64,000 bases of DNA from Luminiphilus sp. Lineage in GTDB: Bacteria > Pseudomonadota > Gammaproteobacteria > Pseudomonadales > Halieaceae. Of this stretch, positions 1 through 10,140 are shown in pieces (positions within the stretch are counted from its first letter, which is position 1; every line of letters begins with the position of its first letter). The notes beneath the pieces were generated by a model. The model did no database searches. It saw only the letters and a program-made list of their open reading frames with translations, and was not told where the DNA came from. The DNA lies in contig JBDQJL010000003.1 in the NCBI GenBank assembly GCA_040263855.1, forward strand, positions 34,780 to 98,779. Reading direction: 5' to 3'. Position numbers and translations under genes: made by a program.

Positions 1-1371
1 GCCTACGGCATCAAAGATAATGGATTCGCCTATTTGCTGCTGCTGTTCTACGGGACCGTCGTCGGGCTGCAACCCGCGCTGGTGGGCACAGCGCTCATGA
101 TTGCGCTGATTTTTGATGCGTTCAGCGATCCAGTGGTGGGTTATTGGTCAGACAACACTCGCTCTCGTTGGGGGCGCAGACATCCCTTCATGTACGCGGC
201 TGCTATCCCCGTTGCCCTTTGCTACAGCCTACTGTGGCAACCTCCCCAGTGGACCGAGGGTGCGCTATTTGCCTATCTCGTGGTGTTGTCTATCTTGATC
301 CGCACCTTAATTACTTTCTATGAAACACCCAGTTCTGCTCTCATGCCCGAACTGACTGCGGACTATGATGAGCGGACCTCAATACAGGCATGGCGATCCT
401 TTTTTGGATGGGCCGGCGGTGCCGCTATGGCGGTCTTTACTTATGGGTTTTTATTAGTGCCGACGGACGCCTATCCTGTTGGCATACTCAATCGCGATGG
501 ATACGAGACGTACGGCACCATCGCGTCAATGGTAATGCTCATTGCCATACTGGTGTCTGCACGCGGCACCCATCATCGGATTGGGACGCTGGCCGCGCCC
601 GCGGCTCGCACTCAGCGCGGGCTGGCGTCTGTGTTTAGTGAGGTGTTGGAGACCCTAAAAGACAAGAGTTTTTTTGCTCTTTTTATCTCGACAATCGCTG
701 GCGCGGTGGCGACGGGCCTGACAGCGGCGTTGACCTTTCTGATGCTTACCTACTTTTGGGCGTTGTCCTCAGAACAGATTTATTACTGGACCGCCTTGGT
801 GGTGGTGTCTGCCTTGATTGGACTGCTGATCGCACCGAGGGCATCAAGGCGTTGGGGCAAAAAAGGGGCGGCTATTCGTCTCGGTGTGTTGGCATTTGCA
901 ATACAGCCCCTGCCCGTTGTGTGTCGGCTACTCGGCTGGATGCCCGAAAACGGCGACCCGATGTTGTTTCCTATCTTAGCGGTCGTGAACACGATCGACC
1001 TAGGCCTGATTATTGCGATGCAGGCCATCTCGTATTCGATGCTGGCCGATCTCGTTGAGCATACTGAAGTCAGGACGGGCCGGCGTAACGAGGGGGTGTT
1101 TTTCTCAGCAATCACCTTTATCCGGAAAACGAATCAAGGTATCGGCGCATTTATGGCGGGCATCATTTTGCAGGCGGTAGCGCTACCTCGTGGCGTTGCC
1201 CCAGAACAGGTCCCCGCGGCATCGCTGACCCAACTCGGTGGGTGGCTTGTTGTCTTGCAGTGGCTTTTGTATAGCATCATGCTGGTGGCGTTGGCTTTTT
1301 ATCGTTTGGATCGGCATCAACATCAATCGAATCTCGCGCAGATTCAGGCGCGTAACAGCGATGTAGTGTGA
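1..1371 (+). CDS. MFS transporter, glycoside-pentoside-hexuronide (MelB-like) family; 5'-truncated by the window edge
   Basis: Frame is open from base 1 (AYGIKDNGFAY...); DAFSDPVVGYWSDNTRSRWGRRHPF and ADLVEHTEVRTGRRNEG motifs; many hydrophobic segments. Confidence 0.9.
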   Translation, partial: AYGIKDNGFAYLLLLFYGTVVGLQPALVGTALMIALIFDAFSDPVVGYWSDNTRSRWGRRHPFMYAAAIPVALCYSLLWQPPQWTEGALFAYLVVLSILIRTLITFYETPSSALMPELTADYDERTSIQAWRSFFGWAGGAAMAVFTYGFLLVPTDAYPVGILNRDGYETYGTIASMVMLIAILVSARGTHHRIGTLAAPAARTQRGLASVFSEVLETLKDKSFFALFISTIAGAVATGLTAALTFLMLTYFWALSSEQIYYWTALVVVSALIGLLIAPRASRRWGKKGAAIRLGVLAFAIQPLPVVCRLLGWMPENGDPMLFPILAVVNTIDLGLIIAMQAISYSMLADLVEHTEVRTGRRNEGVFFSAITFIRKTNQGIGAFMAGIILQAVALPRGVAPEQVPAASLTQLGGWLVVLQWLLYSIMLVALAFYRLDRHQHQSNLAQIQARNSDVV

Positions 1372-1473
1372 CTCGCGCTGCCATACCGATAGCGAAGCAA
1401 ACGCTAGTGGCCCGTGAAAATATCATGGCATAATAGGTGACAAAAGCATGTGGAGGCCGAGCTAGGTCGAACA

Positions 1474-2061
1474 ATGACGCTAAAAATTGCCTCAACCTCT
1501 GACGGCCGTCGCCGGCGCAGTGAACGCAGTCAAGTCGCGATTGTTGAGGCGACACTGGCGCTGATCAATGAGGGAAAGCAGGTGCCCACAGCGCAACAGG
1601 TCGCTGACCGCGCGGGAGTCAGTATCCGCTCCTTTTTTCGTCATTTCGCCGATATGGATGCGTTATTTTTGTCAGCGGATGAAATGCTGGGAGCCTCTTA
1701 CGAGGCCCTGTTTGCGGTCAGCGATCGGTCTGGCGCATTACCCGAGCGCATCAGTCGCGCTGTTGAGCAGTATGGCAGCGCCTTCGAGCAACTTAGTGGC
1801 TTGATTCTCTGTACTCAGGCGCTGGCATGGCGCTTTCCTGTGCTGCAAGAACGTTATGCGTATCATCAAAAAAGACTGCGCGACGAACTTGAACTGTGGT
1901 TACCTGAGGTCGCTACCGCACTGATGTCACGGCGGGAAGCGGTGCATGCCGTCACGTCTTTTGAGATGTGGCATCGTCTGCGAGAGCATCAGCGGCTGTC
2001 GCAAAAAAACTGCCATGACATTATTCAAGAGTTGGTGACGGATCTGTTGGCAACTCGCTGA
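1474..2061 (+). CDS. TetR/AcrR family transcriptional regulator
   Basis: N-terminal HTH DGRRRRSERSQVAIVEA...PTAQQVADRAGVSIRSFFRHF; start at ATG 1474 preferred over GTG 1450. Confidence 0.9.
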   Translation: MTLKIASTSDGRRRRSERSQVAIVEATLALINEGKQVPTAQQVADRAGVSIRSFFRHFADMDALFLSADEMLGASYEALFAVSDRSGALPERISRAVEQYGSAFEQLSGLILCTQALAWRFPVLQERYAYHQKRLRDELELWLPEVATALMSRREAVHAVTSFEMWHRLREHQRLSQKNCHDIIQELVTDLLATR

Positions 2062-2076
2062 AGTGAGGCGTAAATC

Positions 2077-3459
2077 ATGGCGGAAGCATTTAAAGATCAA
2101 GGTGGCGCGGCGACAATGAACCCCAGTCGTTTCGAGCGCTGGATCGCTTCAAAAGTGATGACGCGTCTGTCCCAAACAAGTGCTGTGAAGGCTCGCCATG
2201 CTAAGGCTGAACGGGCACGATCAAAAGTGGGCGCAACCCACGAGGTGCACTATTTTCATCAGGTGGAAGATGGTTACAGTCATTTAGCGGCGCAGCTATT
2301 GATGCCATTACTGGCACGTTACGACATCGAGCTACGGTGTCATCTCGTGCGCGCTGATCGGGGGAAAAATGTGCCAGAGTCTGCGTTACTGGCACGCCTG
2401 TCTCGCTACGAGTCTCATTTGGTGGCACCGGGTTATGGGCTCGTTTTCCCTGATCATCCACACGAACCAGATGCGCATCATGTGTCATTGGCGACTCGGA
2501 TTTTGGCGGCGCAATCACCTGAGACCTTCCCTGAAATAGCGGCAACAGTGGGTGACGCACTCTGGTCGGGAGACGGCGCTCGACTAGATCATCTCGCCGA
2601 GGTGGCTGGCTGCGCTGCTATTGAGCGTGCTGAAGAAGTGCTTGAAGCCGGTAGTCAGTTGCGTCGCGAGATGAAGCATTATTCAGGTGCGATGTTTTAC
2701 TACGGTGGCGAGTGGTATTGGGGTGCGGATCGTTTCTATCTGCTCGAACAGCGGCTCGCCGCTCTCGGTGCTGACCGTGAATCTGACCGCGATCCTATTG
2801 CATCGCGTCCCGCTATAGAGCTGCCTCAACGGCGCGACAATAAAGCGTTCACCTTGGAGTTCTATGCTTCATTGCGCAGCCCCTATACCGCGGTTGTATT
2901 CGATCGCGCGGTTGCTTTTGCACGAGACGCCGGGGTCACCCTCGCGCTGCGACCTGTTTTACCCATGGTCATGCGGGGTGTGCCGGCAACCCGAGAAAAG
3001 GGCATGTACATTTTTATGGATGCTGCCCGAGAGGCACGCAGCGCGGGAGTGGCGTATGGCAACTTCTATGATCCCATCGGTAATCCTGTGCGCAATTGCT
3101 ATGCGTTATATCCGTGGGCGGCATCCCAAGGTAAAGAAGTCGAACTGTTATCGAGCTTTTTACGCCATGCGTTTGTGCTGGGGGTGAATACCAACACTGA
3201 GGGTGGATTAAGGAAGGTGGTAGAAGCGGCTGGTTTGGATTGGATCGCCGCGCAGGCGCATCGACAGGACACCGCTTGGGAGGCGCTACTCGAGGAAAAC
3301 CGGCTTGCTATGTATCGGTCGGGCCTGTGGGGCGTACCCAGTTTTCGCTTGCTCGATTCCACAGGTCAAGCAGTATTGGCAGTGTGGGGTCAGGATCGCC
3401 TCTGGCTACTGGCCAAAAAATTGTGTGAGCTGGTGAACGAGGCGTCGCCGGTATCGTAA
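2077..3459 (+). CDS. Tandem-domain DsbA / 2-hydroxychromene-2-carboxylate isomerase (GST-kappa-like) protein
   Basis: Two thioredoxin-like repeats; C-terminal FYASLRSPY...GLWGVPSF...WGQDRL; N-terminal copy ends YWGADRF. Confidence 0.8.
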   Translation: MAEAFKDQGGAATMNPSRFERWIASKVMTRLSQTSAVKARHAKAERARSKVGATHEVHYFHQVEDGYSHLAAQLLMPLLARYDIELRCHLVRADRGKNVPESALLARLSRYESHLVAPGYGLVFPDHPHEPDAHHVSLATRILAAQSPETFPEIAATVGDALWSGDGARLDHLAEVAGCAAIERAEEVLEAGSQLRREMKHYSGAMFYYGGEWYWGADRFYLLEQRLAALGADRESDRDPIASRPAIELPQRRDNKAFTLEFYASLRSPYTAVVFDRAVAFARDAGVTLALRPVLPMVMRGVPATREKGMYIFMDAAREARSAGVAYGNFYDPIGNPVRNCYALYPWAASQGKEVELLSSFLRHAFVLGVNTNTEGGLRKVVEAAGLDWIAAQAHRQDTAWEALLEENRLAMYRSGLWGVPSFRLLDSTGQAVLAVWGQDRLWLLAKKLCELVNEASPVS

Positions 3460-3540
3460 GCCCGGTGAATGTCTGGCCCGCCATTGATGAGCGAGTGTAC
3501 CCGTCGCGTTGTGCTCACATAGCGGGCGTGCAAAGGTGCA

Positions 3541-3797
3541 ATGCAAGCAGTCAAAAATAGGCTGGCTGGTTTTTCGCGTGGTGGGCGTTTCTTCATGCTG
3601 GCCTCAACATCGAGCTAACGCTCCTGTGGGCGCTGGGGATAACCCCGTCTACTTTTCCGTGGTTCGGCGCTTTTGTCGACGCCTACTCCGATTTTTTGTT
3701 GATGAACGGACGCTTATTCCTGAGTTTTGCGCCGGCTGTTTGGATCGCTCTCTTTCTTATGACAGGGCGCTGGAGAATGCTCTCCTGGCGGGAATAA
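3541..3797 (+). pseudogene. Small membrane protein gene split by a 1-nt frameshift in a T5 run (3570-3574)
   Basis: ATG 3541 gives MQAVKNRLAGF; adding one T continues as FAWWAFLHAGLNIELTLLWALG...APAVWIALFLMTGRWRMLSWRE* (TAA 3795-3797). Confidence 0.5.
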
Positions 3798-3816
3798 GGC
3801 GAGGAGGCTGATGACG

Positions 3817-3963
3817 ATGGACTACAGCGAGTTCAAAGGGTTTCAGGTGCTGCTGTTCTTTGGTATCCCGTTAGCTTTTGCCGTTTGGCAGCTCGTTGTG
3901 ACTCAGCGCGCTCAGAGAGAGGCAGGCAAAGCTGATGACGCATCGATGGAGCTAGACGACTAA
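3817..3963 (+). CDS. Small single-pass membrane protein (48 aa), not in the ORF track
   Basis: Strong SD GAGGAGG at 3801-3807; MDYSEFKGFQVLLFFGIPLAFAVWQLVVTQRAQREAGKADDASMELDD* (alternative ATG 3811). Confidence 0.65.
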   Translation: MDYSEFKGFQVLLFFGIPLAFAVWQLVVTQRAQREAGKADDASMELDD

Positions 3964-4109
3964 GGCAGCTGGAAAGGGAGTTTGGTGCCCTCATTACCAA
4001 GGGTAGCCATGAGTGTGTCTGCGCGCGGGTGAGCTGCATTGACGCGATTGGCATGGCTCACGGTCGCGAAGAGGACCACGGCTATTGTGACGATCCAAAG
4101 CATCCTCAT
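3960..4109 (-). CDS. Small secreted/membrane peptide (49 aa)
   Basis: SD-like GAGGGGG upstream; MRMLWIVTIAVVLFATVSHA signal-peptide-like N-terminus. Confidence 0.45.
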   Translation of the reverse strand: MRMLWIVTIAVVLFATVSHANRVNAAHPRADTLMATLGNEGTKLPFQLP

Positions 4110-4507
4110 GATGGATCCCCCTCTAGTCAGGACGGCGTAATGTTGGTGAGCGGCCGCATACCGCCACGGGCGCATAGTGAGGGCCTTTAGGGCGGTTCAT
4201 AGGGGTTGCTCTGGGTTTACGTTTTGAAGCGGCTAGCGCATTCTTTTCAATCCATAGAAATCGCATCGTTAAACTCCCATCAGTGACGCCATCCGTGGCT
4301 ATCTGTCATCCTTGATGTCCACCAGTGTGTCGCGAGAAGAGCATGATTAATTGACGGACTGCGCCAAAGTGTTAACGAAAGGCGTCACCGCCTAAAAAAG
4401 GTTGTCGTCCTTTTAGGATCGACATTGTGTCAGGGTTAGCCGCCAGACAGGCGTTTGTGCTGTGTATGACTGCTTCTTCAGAGCCGAAGTTAAGTTGAGG
4501 GCTAATG

Positions 4508-4942
4508 TTAAGCGCTGAAGGCGCTTAAGACCTCGCGCAGCAGCATAGTTGCCAGAGCAGCCCAACTGAATACAAATAGCGTAAAACGGATCCAAACATG
4601 GTTAACCGTTACCTGCACAAGAGAGTGAGTAAACCGAAGGCCACAGTATGCCCACGCCGAGTATAGATGTAGCGTGTCGGTGTGGTTGAGGGCCCATATC
4701 ACCATCACAACTGCGTAAAAAAGCGTGGGTTGTTCCCAAAGATGATTGTAGTTGTCGGCCACACGCTCAACACGGCTCGGAAATACGCCACCTAGTTGCG
4801 ATGGATGCGATAGCTGCTGCAGCACCACGCCCTCGGTCTCAAGTTGTTTAGCTGCGGGAATGCGTGTGAGATACATCAGCAGCATCATCAGCAAGCTCAA
4901 TACACCCATAAACAGAACCGGTTGAAGAATCAGGTCATTCAT
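4508..4942 (-). CDS. MAPEG family membrane protein
   Basis: RVADNYNHLWEQPTLFY and AWAYCGLRFTHSLVQ motifs; four TM helices. Confidence 0.85.
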   Translation of the reverse strand: MNDLILQPVLFMGVLSLLMMLLMYLTRIPAAKQLETEGVVLQQLSHPSQLGGVFPSRVERVADNYNHLWEQPTLFYAVVMVIWALNHTDTLHLYSAWAYCGLRFTHSLVQVTVNHVWIRFTLFVFSWAALATMLLREVLSAFSA

Positions 4943-5171
4943 GCGGTTATGTCCAATCAGCTTAGGGCGTTCCAGTATACGCGGGGAGCGACCGCGAAAT
5001 GAAGCGCAGGTCTAATCTAACGTGTCAGGTAAATCGTGACGCGTGATGACGATGATGAGAAAGGTTCAGCACTATGAATGGTGTGGATGGGCAGCTGTCT
5101 GATTTGAAAAAAGGGAGTTGTGGCGTTACGGTTTGCAGCGGTAACGCACTATGGCAATCGGGAGCCCCTGC

Positions 5172-5558
5172 ATGAGAACGTTTCTGTTAGGTTTTATTGG
5201 TCTCGGTTTAGCTGCTTGCGCTGTTGCGCTCTGGCTCCTGGTACTGCCCCTGCAAGAGAATGAGCCGGCCGTTACGACTTCAGTGTCGCCCGTTATTGGG
5301 GATTTATCGGTAGAGGCCTTTTCTGAGGTGGTGTAAGCCACTGTCTTGCAGACCTTAGCCGACTGCTCAGTAGAAGGTAAGATGCAGGGTAAGGCTAAAA
5401 TCAATTTTGATGTGGCGGGTCAGGTGACGGCAAAATTCATGTGTAATGCCTCTGAAGAAAACTAGACCGGTTAGCGGCTCAATCGCCCACCTTATAGCGC
5501 CGAGCCGATTGCGACCGCTATGAAGATGACACGGGTGCTGTGCTACCTGCGGCCGTGA
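5172..5558 (+). pseudogene. Decayed META (HslJ-like) domain protein with three in-frame stops
   Basis: Read-through of TAA 5334, TAG 5463 and TAG 5472 gives a signal/TM segment, then INFDVAGQVTAKFMCN...PIATAMKM, resembling META F..G.V.G..GCN...PIATTMMAC. Confidence 0.5.
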
Positions 5559-5824
5559 TCATTCCAGCGGTAAGCGGTCATATGCGAAACACCGATCAGG
5601 CGTGCTGCGTCGCTCAGCGTGGCCCCCGCCTCGAGATGACTGTGTAGCGCCTTTAACCTGCGGTGATGCTCGAGATCGAATAGTCGTGACGTAAAAAGGC
5701 GGCGATCGTTATCCGTCGCTTCAGCGGGGGCTGCCGTCCCAGAAGCCGCCATTGGCTTCTGTTCGTCAGCCCGTGGGCCTCTCTCGTCGCGGTACTCGCT
5801 TAAATCAACTATCACTTGAAACAC
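5543..5824 (-). CDS. Small helix-turn-helix protein
   Basis: C-terminal LEAGATLSDAARLIGVSHMTAYRW is a classic HTH; start uncertain. Confidence 0.55.
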   Translation of the reverse strand: MFQVIVDLSEYRDERGPRADEQKPMAASGTAAPAEATDNDRRLFTSRLFDLEHHRRLKALHSHLEAGATLSDAARLIGVSHMTAYRWNDHGRR

Positions 5825-6001
5825 ACTTTTTGATTAGGGCTAATAGGTACGGCACCCCGACGTTTTGGATCAACGACTGTCAAAAAAGGCTTATTTGTCG
5901 GCGGGCTACAATAACCATTGGATGCAAAGTGGCTGTTTTGCAGCGAGCGCGCTATTGCTTCACTCGCAACAAAAAGTCGACGTTGGGTTTATCCGCGTGA
6001 C

Positions 6002-7087
6002 CTAGAGTCCTGTGCTGGTCTGAATAATCTCTGCCGAGTTTGCAGGGAGGCTAAAGGAGACGCCGTCGTAGCCTACTGTGTAGTCAGGAAAGATATCCTC
6101 CGCTCCGTTGAGCCATAGTGCTTCTTGTCCGGGTAGAACGATGGGCGGTACCACGTGGTAATACAGTAAGTGTCCAACGCCCGCATCGCGCGCGGTTGCC
6201 GCCGCCTCAACGGGGCTCGCATGATAATCCAGCACGTCGAAAAAGATCTTAGAGAGAATCTGATTGCCGAGGCTGTCTGCCGTATCTCGCATCATGGTCA
6301 TGAGGTTCGGCGCCAGCGCCTCGTGCACCAGCAAATCGACGCCTTGCGCAAAGCGTTTCACGTTTTCTGATTGTGCCGTGTCGCCGGTAATGAGTGCGGT
6401 ACGTTGCCCATAACGAAAGAGGTAGCCCACCGCAGGTGAGACTGGTGCATGATCGACTCGAAGGGCCTTGACGACTAAGCCGGCGTCATCGAAGACCGTG
6501 GTCGTGGCGCCTTCCGGCGGAGCATTGAACGGCATTGCCGTGATACCGGCTGCAGAAAGCGGCGCAACTTGATCGCCATGGTGATCATGCCGGTAGGTAA
6601 AATCTTGTGCATAGGCAGCGTTAAAGCCGTCGACCACCCTCGCTACGCCCTCGGGGCCATACACCGGCAGCGGCGACGTGTGGTCGCTGGTAGCCCAGCG
6701 CGCAGTGGCCAGTTCTCCCAAGCCATCAATGTGATCTGAGTGGAAATGAGTGAGAAACACCGCGGCGACCTGGCTAGCGGGATATCCCATTCTCCCCAAA
6801 TTTCGGGCTCCATCGGTGCCGGTATCGACGATAAAAAGCTGGTCGCCTGCCACGACGGCCACGCAGGGGCCTGAAGCGCGGGGTGCAGGGAAGGGTCCAC
6901 CGGCACCGCAAAGCGCGATATGAAGACCATCTTCGAGCACTGCAACACTGTTTGCGCCTAGCTGTTGTGGCAGTGCCACTTTGAACAGCGCCTCTACTAA
7001 TGTCGCCCTGTTTAAATAGCCTGCGAACACAAGAATACTGAGAACAGTCGCTAGAATGGCGACTTTTTGCCAGCCGAAACCTCTCAC
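6002..7087 (-). CDS. MBL-fold metallo-hydrolase (RNase Z/AtsA-like) with N-terminal membrane anchor
   Basis: THFHSDHIDG metal motif; DHAPV, TGDT, LVHEA, DYHASP, YYH motifs. Confidence 0.88.
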   Translation of the reverse strand: MRGFGWQKVAILATVLSILVFAGYLNRATLVEALFKVALPQQLGANSVAVLEDGLHIALCGAGGPFPAPRASGPCVAVVAGDQLFIVDTGTDGARNLGRMGYPASQVAAVFLTHFHSDHIDGLGELATARWATSDHTSPLPVYGPEGVARVVDGFNAAYAQDFTYRHDHHGDQVAPLSAAGITAMPFNAPPEGATTTVFDDAGLVVKALRVDHAPVSPAVGYLFRYGQRTALITGDTAQSENVKRFAQGVDLLVHEALAPNLMTMMRDTADSLGNQILSKIFFDVLDYHASPVEAAATARDAGVGHLLYYHVVPPIVLPGQEALWLNGAEDIFPDYTVGYDGVSFSLPANSAEIIQTSTGL

Positions 7088-7318
7088 ATTGAAATTCCTT
7101 GTATTATCAGTATTGTGCTATCTGCAGTATCTGCTATCTTTACAGAAGCCCTATTGGCAGTAAAACTGCCACATGTTAAAGATTTAGGTCAAGTAGTACC
7201 GACGCAGTACGAATAATAAATCAGAAAGAAAATGTACCAATAAGTAGCGACGAAAACCGGCCCCAGGCCCTTTGGTCGCAGCGATAACAATAATGAACAT
7301 GTTTAAAAAGGACCCTCC

Positions 7319-9958
7319 ATGATGAAAACTTTTGCAAAGGTAGCGCTCAGCGCAGCGGTTGCTAGCGTATCGATGACGGTAGCTGGTCAGGCGCTGGAAG
7401 AAGTCGTTGTAACCGCTCAGAAACGAACCGAAAGTCTGCAGGATGTGCCGATTTCGGTGACTGCGATCTCCGGCGAACAGGTTCAGGACGCGTCGATTAG
7501 GAGCTTTAGTGAGCTTGGTGCTTATGTGCCCAACTTTAGCGTGACCGAGAACGCAGTGAACTCCATTATCACCATGCGTGGTATCTCCATCGGTGCAAAC
7601 CAATCCTTTGAGCAGTCGGTAGGCTTATTTGTAGATGGCGTGCATTACGGCCGAAGTCGCCAAACCCGACTCGGGCTTTTCGATCTGGAACAGATAGAAG
7701 TGTTGCGGGGTCCTCAGGGCATCCTGTTTGGTAAGAATACGCTGGCCGGTGCGGTCAACATCCGCACCGCTGCCCCGAAAGTAGGTGAGGGCCTTTCTGG
7801 TCGTGTGGCGGCAAGTTTTGAGTCCGACAGTGGTGAATACTTTGAAGGCCACATCAGCGGCAGTCTCACTGACAGTTTTGCTGTTCGCCTGGCCGTTATG
7901 GATCGCACTATCGACGGATATAACAAGAACTCATCGCCGAATGCAGTGAACCCCAACATGCCCGCAACGGACGAGACCATTGTTCGTTTTGGTGCTCAGT
8001 GGGAGCCATCAGAGGCGACAAGCGTAGCGCTTCGCTACACCTACTCAGACTTTTTACGGACGGGTAGCACAGGAACCGTCACAAAATTTGGGCCGACAGT
8101 TGTCAATGGCGCGCCACTAGTGCCTGCCTCTAACGCTGCCATGTACGCGGTCATGCGGTTTGCTTTCCCGGGCTTCCAAGAGAGCATTACTGACGCCTAT
8201 CGCGATGGTCTGTCGATTGGTGGCACCGAGGGGCTCGGGGGCCAAGGGTCCGAGCGCCTTGACGGCACCGATACAGAAAACCATGAGTTCTCGCTGAATA
8301 TTGAGCACGAATTCGGCAACGGTATGACGTTAAACCTGGTCACAGGTGTCTCACAGTTTGAATTTGAAGATGGAATCGATGCCGACTTCCTGCCGGTGAA
8401 CTTTATCGGGCGAAGTGATAACCAAGAGTACGAGCAGTTCAGCCAGGAGATCAGACTGGCTTCTGATCTGGACGGCCGCTTTAGCTGGGTGGCGGGCGGT
8501 AATTACATCGACTCCAAGCAAGAAATTGATCGCATGGTCTCGGTCGATGGCACTTTTGGCCAGCCCACAATCACTTCGTTGATTACCGGGGGCTTGCCCA
8601 CGATCCTCGCGTACAGCCCAGCACAGCTTGCTGGCGCTGAAGCTTCGTTTGGCCTGCCCGCAGGCAGTCTGCCAGTAGGGACCGAGGGTCTTACCATGTG
8701 GAGTCAGGTGGGCCGTTTGTCAGCTTGGCAGCAGGAAACCGAGTCTTGGGCGGTCTTCCTCCAAGGTACATTTAATATCACCGATAATCTGAGCATTACT
8801 GCCGGTGTGCGTTACACCGAGGAAGAAAAGTCAGCTGACGCGCAAACTTGGCTTAACAGCACGGCGCAAGGACTGGCCACGAAGACAGTTGATCCCCTTA
8901 CCGGTTTGTTAACTGCTGGTGATTTTGGAAATTTCCTGCAGCAGAGCTTGCAAGGCGCTTTCTTTGATAGCTACGCGCACCACTTCATTGAAGACCGTGA
9001 TACAGACCAGACCATTCCAGCGGTGTCGCTCAACTGGACGCCAAGCGATGATCATCTGCTCTACGCCAGTTACTCAGAGGGCTTCAAGAGCGGCGGCTTT
9101 AACGCGGTGGATGATCAGAATCCGATATTTGTGGCAGCACCGACTGCAGAGTGTCCTGATCAGGTTTGCCGAACCCAGCCGGGTCCTGGTTTTGAGTACG
9201 ACGATGAGACGGCTTGGTCTTTTGAGGTGGGCGGCAAGCACACCTTCCTCGATGGACGTATGCGTGTGAACTGGGCTTACTTTAACAGCGAGTACGAGGA
9301 CCAGCAGGTATCGACTTTCGTTGGGCTTGGATTCGTTGTGACCAATGCCGCGAGCACCGAGATTCAGGGCTTCGAATTGGATGCGGCATTTCAGGCCACC
9401 GAAAAGCTGCGGCTGAATCTGGCTTTGGGCACAGTCGATGGTGAATACGGTGTCTTTGAGGGCGCTGGCTGTACTGCTCAACAACAAGCAGAAATGGCAG
9501 GTTTGGGCGCTTTGACGCCAAACTCTCCAGCGACCTCGGTAACGGTAGACGGCCGCACCTGCTCGCAGAAGTTCCTCGGCAATGGTGTTCCCTCTGGTCA
9601 ATCACAGGATCTCTCGGGTGTGCCAATTGGTGCGGCTGAGTGGTCGGGCTCTTTTGGCGCACAGTACATGCAGCCCGTCGGCTCTATGGTGTGGTTTACC
9701 GAGTTGGACGTTAACTTTACCGACGATTACTACATGACGGGTGATCTCGATGGTAACGACGTGCAGTCAGGTTACGAGTTCGTCAACCTCCGCACGGGGC
9801 TTCGTGGCGAGAACTGGATGTTGATGCTTTACGGCCGAAACATTGGCGACGAGCTCGTCGCAAGTGGAGCGGCTGACGTACCGTTGGCTCGAGGCTCGCA
9901 TTTCCAGTATCGCGCACGTGGCGAGGTCTGGGGTGTTCAGGCTGCTTGGGAATTTTAA
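7319..9958 (+). CDS. TonB-dependent receptor
   Basis: Signal peptide; LEEVVVTAQKR TonB-box region; IEVLRGPQGILFGKN plug motif; C-terminal Phe (AWEF). Confidence 0.95.
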   Translation: MMKTFAKVALSAAVASVSMTVAGQALEEVVVTAQKRTESLQDVPISVTAISGEQVQDASIRSFSELGAYVPNFSVTENAVNSIITMRGISIGANQSFEQSVGLFVDGVHYGRSRQTRLGLFDLEQIEVLRGPQGILFGKNTLAGAVNIRTAAPKVGEGLSGRVAASFESDSGEYFEGHISGSLTDSFAVRLAVMDRTIDGYNKNSSPNAVNPNMPATDETIVRFGAQWEPSEATSVALRYTYSDFLRTGSTGTVTKFGPTVVNGAPLVPASNAAMYAVMRFAFPGFQESITDAYRDGLSIGGTEGLGGQGSERLDGTDTENHEFSLNIEHEFGNGMTLNLVTGVSQFEFEDGIDADFLPVNFIGRSDNQEYEQFSQEIRLASDLDGRFSWVAGGNYIDSKQEIDRMVSVDGTFGQPTITSLITGGLPTILAYSPAQLAGAEASFGLPAGSLPVGTEGLTMWSQVGRLSAWQQETESWAVFLQGTFNITDNLSITAGVRYTEEEKSADAQTWLNSTAQGLATKTVDPLTGLLTAGDFGNFLQQSLQGAFFDSYAHHFIEDRDTDQTIPAVSLNWTPSDDHLLYASYSEGFKSGGFNAVDDQNPIFVAAPTAECPDQVCRTQPGPGFEYDDETAWSFEVGGKHTFLDGRMRVNWAYFNSEYEDQQVSTFVGLGFVVTNAASTEIQGFELDAAFQATEKLRLNLALGTVDGEYGVFEGAGCTAQQQAEMAGLGALTPNSPATSVTVDGRTCSQKFLGNGVPSGQSQDLSGVPIGAAEWSGSFGAQYMQPVGSMVWFTELDVNFTDDYYMTGDLDGNDVQSGYEFVNLRTGLRGENWMLMLYGRNIGDELVASGAADVPLARGSHFQYRARGEVWGVQAAWEF

Positions 9959-9982
9959 TCTCGGGTAGTGTGATTGATGAAG

Positions 9983-10007
9983 AAGGCGGCTTAGGCCGCC
10001 TTTTTTT
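9983..10007 (+). terminator. Rho-independent terminator
   Basis: AAGGCGGC-TTAG-GCCGCCTT stem-loop with a T7 run (10001-10007), 25 nt after the receptor stop. Confidence 0.9.
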
Positions 10008-10140
10008 GGCATTGAGTTTTAGTCCCGAGTCGCATGTCTGAAGAAAACACGCTTGTTCCAGCGCATTGCCGCGTATTGTTTGTCATGCTCTAGGCAGGTG
10101 AGCAATGATGCACAGCTTTTAAGAGAAACCGGGAGGCGAG

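Noticed and set aside
4380-4414. Two small adjacent hairpins as a terminator or sRNA end
   Set aside because: Stems of only 5-6 bp; too weak to call without transcript data
5334-5474. Stop-codon recoding (pyrrolysine or read-through) in the META-like frame
   Set aside because: Mixed TAA and TAG stops; TAG is used as a normal stop elsewhere in the window; no pyl genes
5543-5824. IS element transposase
   Set aside because: Only an HTH; no DDE domain, terminal inverted repeats or target duplication seen
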